A stretch of 32,000 nucleotides of DNA from Candidatus Nitrosopumilus koreensis AR1. GTDB taxonomy: Archaea > Thermoproteota > Nitrososphaeria > Nitrososphaerales > Nitrosopumilaceae. Under the pieces are notes generated by a model. The model did no database searches. It had not been told where the DNA came from and saw only the letters and a program-made list of their open reading frames with translations. The stretch covers positions 270,001 to 302,000 of the forward strand of contig NC_018655.1 in assembly GCF_000299365.1 (NCBI RefSeq), given 5' to 3'. Shown piece by piece: positions 24,839 to 32,000 of the stretch. Made by a program: the position numbers and the translations under genes. Each line of letters opens with the position of its first letter. The first letter of the stretch is position 1.

Positions 24839-25015
24839 ATGAGCGATTTTGATTCAGACAGATATGAGACTGTAACTGTTGCATCCAAGGTTCGAGAGGG
24901 AGTATTTCATAAAGTGATTAAAGACCTGGAAACAGGAAAGGCAGTATCATGTTCTTGCAAGTGTTGGAGCAAGGGAAACAAACACTGTGCTGCAATGAGA
25001 AGTATCGGGGTTTAG
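24839..25015 (+). CDS. Hypothetical 58-aa Cys/His microprotein (SWIM-like CxCxC...HC cluster)
   Basis: MSDFDSDRYETVTVASKVREGVFHKVIKDLETGKAVSCSCKCWSKGNKHCAAMRSIGV*. ATG 24839 lies 29 nt after the cassette CTTAAATTGATAATTT. The track start TTG 24824 falls within the cassette. Confidence 0.5.
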   Translation: MSDFDSDRYETVTVASKVREGVFHKVIKDLETGKAVSCSCKCWSKGNKHCAAMRSIGV

Positions 25016-25026
25016 ATTAAACAACG

Positions 25027-25036
25027 CTTAATTTTG
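25027..25036 (+). promoter_or_regulatory. Promoter cassette f (ACG-CTTAATTTTG)
   Basis: 31 nt upstream of ATG 25058. Confidence 0.45.
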
Positions 25037-25057
25037 TACGTTGCCTTTCTAGGTGTG

Positions 25058-25255
25058 ATGGATAATTTGGAGAATGCTCGACATGATCACCAGAAAAACA
25101 AGTCTGATATTGTAAATCTGGTAAAGCAGATGTTTGCACAAGACAAGTGGGGGGATGAAGAGTACAGACAAGCTCTAGAAGAACTGGTAAGAAAGGATAC
25201 TGAGCTTGTTGCAGAAGTTACCCGAATAATCAAAGAACAACACTCTAAGAATTGA
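25058..25255 (+). CDS. Hypothetical 65-aa helical microprotein
   Basis: MDNLENARHDHQKNKSDIVNLVKQMFAQDKWGDEEYRQALEELVRKDTELVAEVTRIIKEQHSKN*. The ATG lies 31 nt after cassette ACGCTTAATTTTG. Confidence 0.45.
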   Translation: MDNLENARHDHQKNKSDIVNLVKQMFAQDKWGDEEYRQALEELVRKDTELVAEVTRIIKEQHSKN

Positions 25256-25433
25256 TGAACACCTTGGAGTTTGATACTGTCATCATTGTGACTGTGTCTA
25301 GTGGAAGGTTTTCTTTTTCTGCAGTATCTTGAAGTTCTTTGTGATGGGTATTTTCTAGATGCTCTAGGAACTCTTGCTCTGTGATGTTGTTTTGTTTGTA
25401 GTCGCATTTAGAGAATACACAGTTAAAGTTCAT
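25245..25433 (-). CDS. Hypothetical 62-aa C2H2-like zinc-finger protein; possible 5' half of a disrupted gene
   Basis: MNFNCVFSKCDYKQNNITEQEFLEHLENTHHKE... follows the pattern C-x4-C-x14-H-x4-H. It shares a CxxxxCDxK ... THxK pattern with the start-less frame at 20904-21218. Confidence 0.5.
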   Translation of the reverse strand: MNFNCVFSKCDYKQNNITEQEFLEHLENTHHKELQDTAEKENLPLDTVTMMTVSNSKVFINS

Positions 25434-25542
25434 TGATTTTAGTTATCTTGCTATCTTTTTTGTTTTTTTGAAATTACAGATTGTGATGCGTACATGTATC
25501 CATTTGGATATGACATAAATTACAAAAAATTGTACTCTCTTT

Positions 25543-25836
25543 ATGGCTGAAAAAATTACCGCAGAAGACCTGCGTTCACAAAAGGACAATTACGTCATAA
25601 TTGATGTAAGGGAATCTGATGAGCTTGAATCCGGCAAAATTGAAGACTCTGTTCACATGCCTTTGGGCCTTGCAATAAGAAATGCAAAGAAAAAGCAAAT
25701 CGAAGACCTTAGGGAAAAAAAGATCTGCACTTATTGTGGAACAGGGTATAGAGGAAACATTGCAGCTGATGAGCTTGCAAAAGAAGGATTTGATGCAGTT
25801 ACACTTGATGGCGGATACCCATCATGGAACAACTAA
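25543..25836 (+). CDS. Single-domain rhodanese-like sulfurtransferase
   Basis: 97 aa with the segment VIIDVRESDELESGKIEDSVHMPL and the active-site loop YCGTGYRG (Cys followed by five residues ending in Arg). Confidence 0.85.
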   Translation: MAEKITAEDLRSQKDNYVIIDVRESDELESGKIEDSVHMPLGLAIRNAKKKQIEDLREKKICTYCGTGYRGNIAADELAKEGFDAVTLDGGYPSWNN

Positions 25837-25893
25837 CTCTTTTTTTATTTTATTTAGGAAAACAGCCTGTTTGATTTAATCTGCATTTCAATA

Positions 25894-26559
25894 CTAGTTT
25901 GCAGCAAGCTTTTTTGCCTTTTTGAACACTGCAAGCCAATCCTTCCAGAGCAACCTTCCTGTCTGGGTATTCTGTTTTGATGGGTGGTAAGACGTGATTA
26001 CTTTGATGTAATCGTATTGGAATGTCTTGTTGTGCCCAAACTTTTCTGGTTTAACTTGAAGTAATTTACAGGTAGCATCATATGCTATCTTTCCGAGGCA
26101 AAGAATGGTTGTAACATTTTGCAGTATCTGAAATTCTTGTTCTAAGAATCCATGACAGTTTTGCATCTCTTCTTTTGTTGGCTTGTTTTGTGGCGGTGCA
26201 CATCTTACTGCAGCAGTAATGAATGCATTGGTAAGAGTTAGTCCGTCATTACTGGTCTGAGAGGTTGGAATATTTGCAAACCCTGTCTTATGCATTGCTT
26301 TTGCAAGCCAGTCCCCTGATGAATCACCTGTAAACATTCTTCCTGTTCTGTTTCCTCCATGAGCTGCAGGAGCCAAGCCTACAATTAGCAGCTTAGCTTT
26401 AACATCTCCAAATCCTGATAATGGCAATCCGTAGTAATTTTCATCTTTGAATCTTCTAACTTTGTCTTTAGCAACTTGTCTGATGTATGTAGATAGTCGT
26501 GGACATTTTTGACATGATTTGATCTTTTTGTTAAGTGATTGGATAGTTGGTTTTTTCAC
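25894..26559 (-). CDS. Uracil-DNA glycosylase superfamily protein (family 4/5-like, Fe-S type)
   Basis: N-terminal CQKCPRL, then the motif LIVGLAPAAHGGNRTGRMFTGDSSG and a C-terminal HPSKQNTQTG. GLAPA in place of GEAPG suggests the UdgB-like branch. That branch assignment is from memory and was not searched. Confidence 0.8.
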   Translation of the reverse strand: MKKPTIQSLNKKIKSCQKCPRLSTYIRQVAKDKVRRFKDENYYGLPLSGFGDVKAKLLIVGLAPAAHGGNRTGRMFTGDSSGDWLAKAMHKTGFANIPTSQTSNDGLTLTNAFITAAVRCAPPQNKPTKEEMQNCHGFLEQEFQILQNVTTILCLGKIAYDATCKLLQVKPEKFGHNKTFQYDYIKVITSYHPSKQNTQTGRLLWKDWLAVFKKAKKLAAN

Positions 26560-26718
26560 ACTAGTTGTATGTCAAGCTAAAATTTCAATCTATAACTATG
26601 CAGAACTATGCAGTTTTTTTAAAATTTTGCAACGTAGTATAAAAGAACTATTGAAAATATCTCGACCTAACCGCGAGAAAAAATTAGTTCTCTTTACCTT
26701 GTATGCTGTATCTCTAAT

Positions 26719-27105
26719 ATGGCACAAATCCAAAAAATGGGAGGTCCATACACAAAGAAGGAACAAGAGATTCGAAAAAACAAAGTCTTTGAACTGCATT
26801 TTGAGAAAGGACATTCTGCAGTGCAAATTGCAAAAATGCTTGATGTCAACAGAAACACAATCAACAAAGACATTGAATCTTGGTATTTAGAAATACATGA
26901 TGACCAATCAAATACCAACAAAAATTGGTTTGATAAACAACTGCTAAGATTAGAGTCGCAACGTGCTAGATTGCAAGAATGTCTTGTAGATGGACTATCC
27001 TCCAAAGAACGATTGCAGATTGAAAAGAGTATTACTCATATTGATTTGAGTATTGCATCTTTGATCGTAAAAATTGAGACGTCTAAAAAATACAAAAACC
27101 TGTAA
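26719..27105 (+). CDS. Hypothetical helix-turn-helix protein with a C-terminal coiled coil
   Basis: 128 aa. The HTH-like segment is GHSAVQIAKMLDVNRNTINKDI, followed by LRLESQRARLQECL. It overlaps only spurious-looking frames. Confidence 0.55.
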   Translation: MAQIQKMGGPYTKKEQEIRKNKVFELHFEKGHSAVQIAKMLDVNRNTINKDIESWYLEIHDDQSNTNKNWFDKQLLRLESQRARLQECLVDGLSSKERLQIEKSITHIDLSIASLIVKIETSKKYKNL

Positions 27106-27228
27106 TTTTTAGATCTCTCTTTTCTTTTTTTATACTAACTGATAGTTTTTTGTTACTGTGGCTATTCAAATAAACTTCAATTAGTTTGACACTAACCGAA
27201 GTTCGTTAAAACACTGACAAATCAAACA

Positions 27229-27250
27229 TTACATTTCAACTGAAATGTAA
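27229..27250. repeat. Perfect 10-bp inverted repeat with a 2-nt spacer (TTACATTTCA ac TGAAATGTAA)
   Basis: Read directly from the sequence. It lies in the 375-nt ORF-free spacer between two convergent genes. Confidence 0.9.
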
Positions 27251-27481
27251 ACTAAAGATGTATCATGTGTATGAATAAGTATGCTCTTCAAAATCATTAC
27301 ATCTTTCATATGGTACATTGTTGTGACTGATATTTGAAGACTTTCACAGTTACAGAGTAACTCAAGTATGAAAAATAAACTGGACATTCCAACTGTAAAG
27401 TAAAGTTTAATGTAATTTTGATAGATGTTTAACGATTTTCGATAAAATCCATCATTGGTTTTGATGAATTAATTTAACATC

Positions 27482-30349
27482 TTATTCAATCAATATTGCA
27501 GGTTTGAACGGCCTTGCATGTCTTGCCTTTCCCTTTGGATCGTAAATGTCAGAATCAGATTCTGAATAAATTGTAATGTCCACTCCAAACTCTTTCTTTC
27601 CAATACTAATCAACTCTGACTTTAGGAACTCTTTTTCATCAAAGGATTCAGCTTCAAGCTTCATCTTTTTGATTGATTCTGATTCTGAATGCAAGTCCTT
27701 GATTGTTTTCTGCACATAATCTGGCATCTTTTTGGCATCAACAGTTTCAGGATCTGCAATCAATTCTTTCATGACAACTCCCATGTTGTTCTGACCTCCT
27801 ACCATTATTCCTAGCATCTTGCGATAGATTTTGGATTTTGTCTCATCTGAATTTACGTAAATTACAATCTTTTGCGGGGTAATTTTGGTAACCTTGAGAA
27901 TGTTTGCAATGTCGTCTATTGTTGATTTCAGTAACTCTTCAGCTTGAATTGCAGTGGCATCAATTTTTTCTGCAGAAAATTCTGGCCAAGATGATTTTGA
28001 TACTGGTTCTGTATTTTCCAATTTCTCCCACATCTCTTCTGCTACATGTGGTGCAAATGGGGACAACATTGCAACTCGCACTGAATTTATTTGGTGCAAA
28101 ATTCCAGAGACATCTTCACGTCCTTTGGCTTGAACTCTCTTGGAATACCAGCTCAGGTCAGTCTCAAATGTAAACAAGATATCATGTAGTGCCTCTCTCA
28201 ATCGCATTTTTTCTACTGCTTCTGTAACTTCTGCAATCTTGCTCTGAGTTTTAGATAAAATCCACCTGTCTTCTGCCTGCAATTCACCAATGGTATTCTT
28301 TTTGAGCCTAGAACACTCCTCTAAAAGCGATTCAAGCTTGCTTTGAATCCCTGAGACTGATTCCATGTTAAAATCAGCATCCTGCAACAGTTCAGCTGAT
28401 GATATTATTGCCAACCTGATTGGGTCTGCCCCATGATCTCGGATTGCAGTACGTAACGGAATGATGTTTCCCATGCTCTTTGACATTTTAGCTCCATCCA
28501 TCATCACACTACCATTGACAACAATCTCTTGCGGCCATAGTTTCTTTTCAAATATTGCAACATGATTAAGTACAAAAAATGACAAGTGGTTCTGAACCAA
28601 ATCTCGACCAGAATGACGCGAATCAACTGGATAAAAGTACGTGAACTCTTTTTTCATTAGATTAATCATATCTTCAGAAAGTTTTGATGTACTTGCAGCT
28701 AGGGATGCATCACCCTTGTCTAGCAAAACATAATCAAAGAATTCTTTTGTAAGATTCTCAGGAGTAGCTGTTCCATCATTTACAAATCGTGAAATTGTAT
28801 AATATGCCATGTAAATTACACTGTCAGACAAGCTCTCAACAATCCAGTCCTTGTCCCATGGAAGTTTAGTTCCAAGTCCCTGTTGTCTTGCACAAGCTCG
28901 CTCATGCAACCAATCAATTACCTCGACAAACTCTGTCTTGATATTGTTAGGAAGGATGTTCATCTCATCTAAACAGTTTCTAGCTAATTCTTTCCATGAC
29001 TCATCACCATAATTCAAAAACCACTGGTTGTTGAGTATCTTGACAACACATTCAGCTCCGCAACGACATCTAACAGGAGCATTCTCTAGCACTGGGAATT
29101 TTTCTAGAAAATTGTTCTCTTGCAACCATGCTCTGATTTTGTCACGACCAAACTGCACCTTCTCTCCATCAAACTGACCGCACTTGTCGTTGAGTTTTCC
29201 ATCTGTAAACTCTTTGAGGTACAACTCTTTGGTGGCTTCTTCTAGCTTGTCATCAGATTGGTCAGAGATTCCCATCTTCTCTACAATGTCTTTTGCTGGA
29301 ATGGAACCATATCCTTCTGTAGTAATAATTGGAATGGGCTCTAATTTTGAGGCTAGATCGTGTCCTTTGCCCTTCAAATCCATCAATGCCTGATAGTCTT
29401 TAGGGGCATGAGCAGGAACTGACATTACAAGTCCGGTACCCATGCTGGGCTCTACAAAGTCCGCAGGCAATATTGGAATCTCTCGCCCGTCATGGTTTTT
29501 TGCGTATTTTCCAATGATGTCGGCACCTGAAATCTCGCCAATCTCAGTTACCTCTTTTTCAAAGAATGAAATTTTCTTTGCACATTGTTCTGATACTATC
29601 CATGTTTCATCATCTACTTTGACTTTTTTGTAAACAGTATTTGGATTGACCCAGAGATTGGTAATGCCAAAGATTGTCTCAGGACGCAGTGTTGTAATTG
29701 GAAAGATAAATTCATCAAACTTGAATTTTATCAAAAAGTTCTTATCATCAATCTTTGGCTCCACGTCTCCCATTGTATCGTGCTGCGATACTGGGTTTTG
29801 ATCAACAGGACACCATCCAACCGGATGACTTCCCTGAATGATTCTCCCGCTTTCTTTTAGTGTTGTAATTTGCCACTCGATAAACTTTTGATAACCTGGA
29901 ACTATAGTAGTAAACTCTCGTCTCCAATCAATGGAATAACCCATCTCAATCATGCCAGACTTTATCTCTTCATGAAAATAGTCTGCAATCTTTATTGGCT
30001 CAACAAATGTCTTTATTGCATCTTCTGGAACATGGTAGATGTTTCTCAATCCATCCAGAATTTCTTTTTCTCCTGCTTCGATTCTTTTTGCCATGCCAAG
30101 CACCGGAGTTCCAGTATAATGAAATCCCATTGGGAATAATACGTTGTATCCTTTCATCCTGTAGAATCTTGCATGGACATCAGCTAGTGTGTATGTTCTG
30201 CCGTGTCCGATGTGTTGCGGTGAGTTTGGATACGGATATGCTACTGTGATGAATTTTTTTGGTTTGTCATTTGGGTTTGTCTCAAAGTCTTTGTTCTCTT
30301 GCCACTTGCTTCTCCATTTACTTTCAATTTCTGTCCAGTTAACCGTCAT
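27482..30349 (-). CDS. leuS: Leucyl-tRNA synthetase (archaeal type)
   Basis: 955 aa with the class I HIGH motif (PQHIGHGRTY), the KMSKS motif (GAKMSKSMGN), and an editing-domain-sized insertion. Confidence 0.97.
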   Translation of the reverse strand: MTVNWTEIESKWRSKWQENKDFETNPNDKPKKFITVAYPYPNSPQHIGHGRTYTLADVHARFYRMKGYNVLFPMGFHYTGTPVLGMAKRIEAGEKEILDGLRNIYHVPEDAIKTFVEPIKIADYFHEEIKSGMIEMGYSIDWRREFTTIVPGYQKFIEWQITTLKESGRIIQGSHPVGWCPVDQNPVSQHDTMGDVEPKIDDKNFLIKFKFDEFIFPITTLRPETIFGITNLWVNPNTVYKKVKVDDETWIVSEQCAKKISFFEKEVTEIGEISGADIIGKYAKNHDGREIPILPADFVEPSMGTGLVMSVPAHAPKDYQALMDLKGKGHDLASKLEPIPIITTEGYGSIPAKDIVEKMGISDQSDDKLEEATKELYLKEFTDGKLNDKCGQFDGEKVQFGRDKIRAWLQENNFLEKFPVLENAPVRCRCGAECVVKILNNQWFLNYGDESWKELARNCLDEMNILPNNIKTEFVEVIDWLHERACARQQGLGTKLPWDKDWIVESLSDSVIYMAYYTISRFVNDGTATPENLTKEFFDYVLLDKGDASLAASTSKLSEDMINLMKKEFTYFYPVDSRHSGRDLVQNHLSFFVLNHVAIFEKKLWPQEIVVNGSVMMDGAKMSKSMGNIIPLRTAIRDHGADPIRLAIISSAELLQDADFNMESVSGIQSKLESLLEECSRLKKNTIGELQAEDRWILSKTQSKIAEVTEAVEKMRLREALHDILFTFETDLSWYSKRVQAKGREDVSGILHQINSVRVAMLSPFAPHVAEEMWEKLENTEPVSKSSWPEFSAEKIDATAIQAEELLKSTIDDIANILKVTKITPQKIVIYVNSDETKSKIYRKMLGIMVGGQNNMGVVMKELIADPETVDAKKMPDYVQKTIKDLHSESESIKKMKLEAESFDEKEFLKSELISIGKKEFGVDITIYSESDSDIYDPKGKARHARPFKPAILIE

Positions 30350-30353
30350 TATA

Positions 30354-32000
30354 TCATCCTAAAATCATTGATTTTGCTTTGGCTATTGCCTCGTCTTTTT
30401 TAGATGTGTCTTTTCCTCCACCTTGTGCAAATTTGGCATCTCCTCCTCCAGAACCGCCCAAAATTGAGGCTACCTCTCGTGCAATGTCGCCTGCATTTAC
30501 GCCTGAATTAGATCCTGTGTAGACCATCACTCTAACTGTGGGACCAGCTTCGAAGATTCCACAAAATGCAGCAGAATCATCTTTGCCAACCAGTTTCTTG
30601 CCAAAGTTCTGGTGGAAATAATCATCATAATCAGGACTGGCTGTAAAACACAATTTTCCCTTTGTATGTATGCCGTCAGACTCTACTGATTCTCCAGCCA
30701 GAATCTTTTCTAGCAGTACGGGAATCTTTTCTCTGGCCTTTGCCTTGTTTTCTTCACGTTGTTTTTCTAGTTGCTCTTTTTGTTTTGCTTCTTCAGCTTT
30801 GCGCTTTAATTCTGCTTCTTGTTTCTTTTCATACTCAAATGCGCCAGGACCTGAAACAAACTCCAAACGAACTACTCCGTCCTGAATGCGTTTTGTTTTT
30901 GTAATCTTGATTAGTTGTATGTCTCCGGTTTTCTTTACATGAGTTCCACCACAAGCCTCAACGTCTTGGTCTTCAATGGACACAATCCTTACAGCTTTTA
31001 CTGGAACAACACCTCCCTGATAGATTCTAAATCCATATGTCTGCTCTGCAGTTCCCCTGTCGTAATAGTCAATGTTTACGTTAAGATTTTGTTTTACCAT
31101 AGAGTTTGCAGCATCTTCGATTTTCTTTACTTCATCATCAGAAAGCGAAGAGTGGTGTGTGATATCTAGTCTGGCATGATCGTCTTCTTTGAAAGCTGAA
31201 TGCTGCCAAATCCAAGAACCCAAAACTCTACGAGATGATGCATTTAGGATGTGAGTGCTGGTGTGGTTTTTAGTAATGTTTGAGCGTCTTGTTTCATCTA
31301 CTTTGCATGAAACTGTCTCTCCTTCTTTTGGAGTTCCACCTTCTAGCTTGTGAACTATAATGTTTGCATGTTTGTCTACATCAATTACTTTGAATCCTGC
31401 AATGGTGCCATGGTCTGGCTCTTGGCCTCCTCCTCGTGCATAAAATGATGTTCTATCTAATACAACCATGTCATCAATTACCTTGAGTACCTTGGCTGAA
31501 AACTCCATTGGGTCGTCTTTGTAAAATAGCGTCTCAGTTTCAGGCAGTCCTTCTAGAGGAAGTTCTGCAACTGCCTTTTTCTTGTCTGACTGGTGCAAAT
31601 CAGATAGTTTGGAGTAAAATGATGATGGAATCTCAGATATGGCATCAACTTCCTTGAGGTATTCAGGAGTGATTCCGTCTGATTCGTAAAATGTAATGAG
31701 TTCATCGACTGTTGGTGTTCCTTTCTCTTTTATCTTGTCTGCCTTTTTCTTCATGTGAACCTTGGATTCTTCATACCTTTGAGATTCCAGTTTTAGTATT
31801 GTCTTGACATCATCTCTCTTTTCATCAAGCTCAGGATACGTGTCCTTGAGATAGTCAACATGTGAATCAATCAAGTCATCAATGTCAAGTTTCAAGTTTA
31901 GTTTGGATATAGTTGCATTAATTCTGCGCAACATCATTCTCAGGTTATATCCTCCGCCAACATTTGATGGAAGTGCACCATCTGTTATTGCAAATATCAA
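30354..32000 (-). CDS. alaS: Alanyl-tRNA synthetase, C-terminal two thirds (5' end outside window)
   Basis: It contains the editing-domain motifs HTSTHILN and CGGTHV and a C-terminal DHHA1-like GGSGGGDAKFAQGGG. The M at 32000 in the track is only a TTG at the window edge. The stop lies 4 nt before the leuS start. Confidence 0.95.
   Translation of the reverse strand: MIFAITDGALPSNVGGGYNLRMMLRRINATISKLNLKLDIDDLIDSHVDYLKDTYPELDEKRDDVKTILKLESQRYEESKVHMKKKADKIKEKGTPTVDELITFYESDGITPEYLKEVDAISEIPSSFYSKLSDLHQSDKKKAVAELPLEGLPETETLFYKDDPMEFSAKVLKVIDDMVVLDRTSFYARGGGQEPDHGTIAGFKVIDVDKHANIIVHKLEGGTPKEGETVSCKVDETRRSNITKNHTSTHILNASSRRVLGSWIWQHSAFKEDDHARLDITHHSSLSDDEVKKIEDAANSMVKQNLNVNIDYYDRGTAEQTYGFRIYQGGVVPVKAVRIVSIEDQDVEACGGTHVKKTGDIQLIKITKTKRIQDGVVRLEFVSGPGAFEYEKKQEAELKRKAEEAKQKEQLEKQREENKAKAREKIPVLLEKILAGESVESDGIHTKGKLCFTASPDYDDYFHQNFGKKLVGKDDSAAFCGIFEAGPTVRVMVYTGSNSGVNAGDIAREVASILGGSGGGDAKFAQGGGKDTSKKDEAIAKAKSMILG

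Noticed and set aside
21206-25256. Calling the helicase block a bona fide mobile element
   Set aside because: I recognised no integrase, transposase or terminal inverted repeats. The only flanking repeat is 7 nt (plus a nearby CTCTAA(A)G 6-8-mer in swapped order). The GC shift rests on noisy hand-sampled lines. I therefore report it as a hypothesis in the findings rather than as a mobile_element feature.
26519-27005. Overlapping ORFs 26519-26890 (+), 26596-26826 (-) and 26694-27005 (-)
   Set aside because: They have low-complexity or odd composition and mutually overlap. They conflict with the 26719-27105 frame, which has an HTH-like segment and a coiled coil.

Overview
This is an AT-rich archaeal chromosome segment. 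It looks like an ammonia-oxidising thaumarchaeon (Nitrosopumilus-like), based on unsplit rpoB and rpoA, PEFG-type C-terminal sorting signals, and TATA-like boxes about 30 nt upstream of start codons. Layout: (1) 1-4219 holds a tandem minus-strand array of four secreted paralogs whose C-terminal sorting-signal tails are nearly identical even at the DNA level. (2) 4332-16838 holds the conserved cluster rpoH-rpoB-rpoA ... rpl30e-nusA-rps12-rps7, interrupted by an Sm-like gene and two secreted-protein genes. (3) 16858-16948 is an intron-containing tRNA-Gln(CUG). (4) 16995-19976 carries a wHTH-like protein, a YkgJ-type CxxCxxCC protein, an FAD oxidoreductase and a nitroreductase. (5) About 20000-25500 looks accessory. 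It contains a MrfA/YprA-type helicase with a DUF1998-like domain, surrounded by many 35-85 aa zinc-finger and coiled-coil ORFs that share near-identical promoter cassettes. The helicase block may sit inside a split two-zinc-finger gene, and a possible frameshift joins a zinc-ribbon ORF to the helicase. (6) 25543-32000 carries a rhodanese, a uracil-DNA glycosylase, an HTH protein, a 375-nt ORF-free spacer, leuS and a partial alaS. I found no CRISPR array, rRNA, integrase or transposase. All family calls come from reading motifs by eye; no database search was possible.
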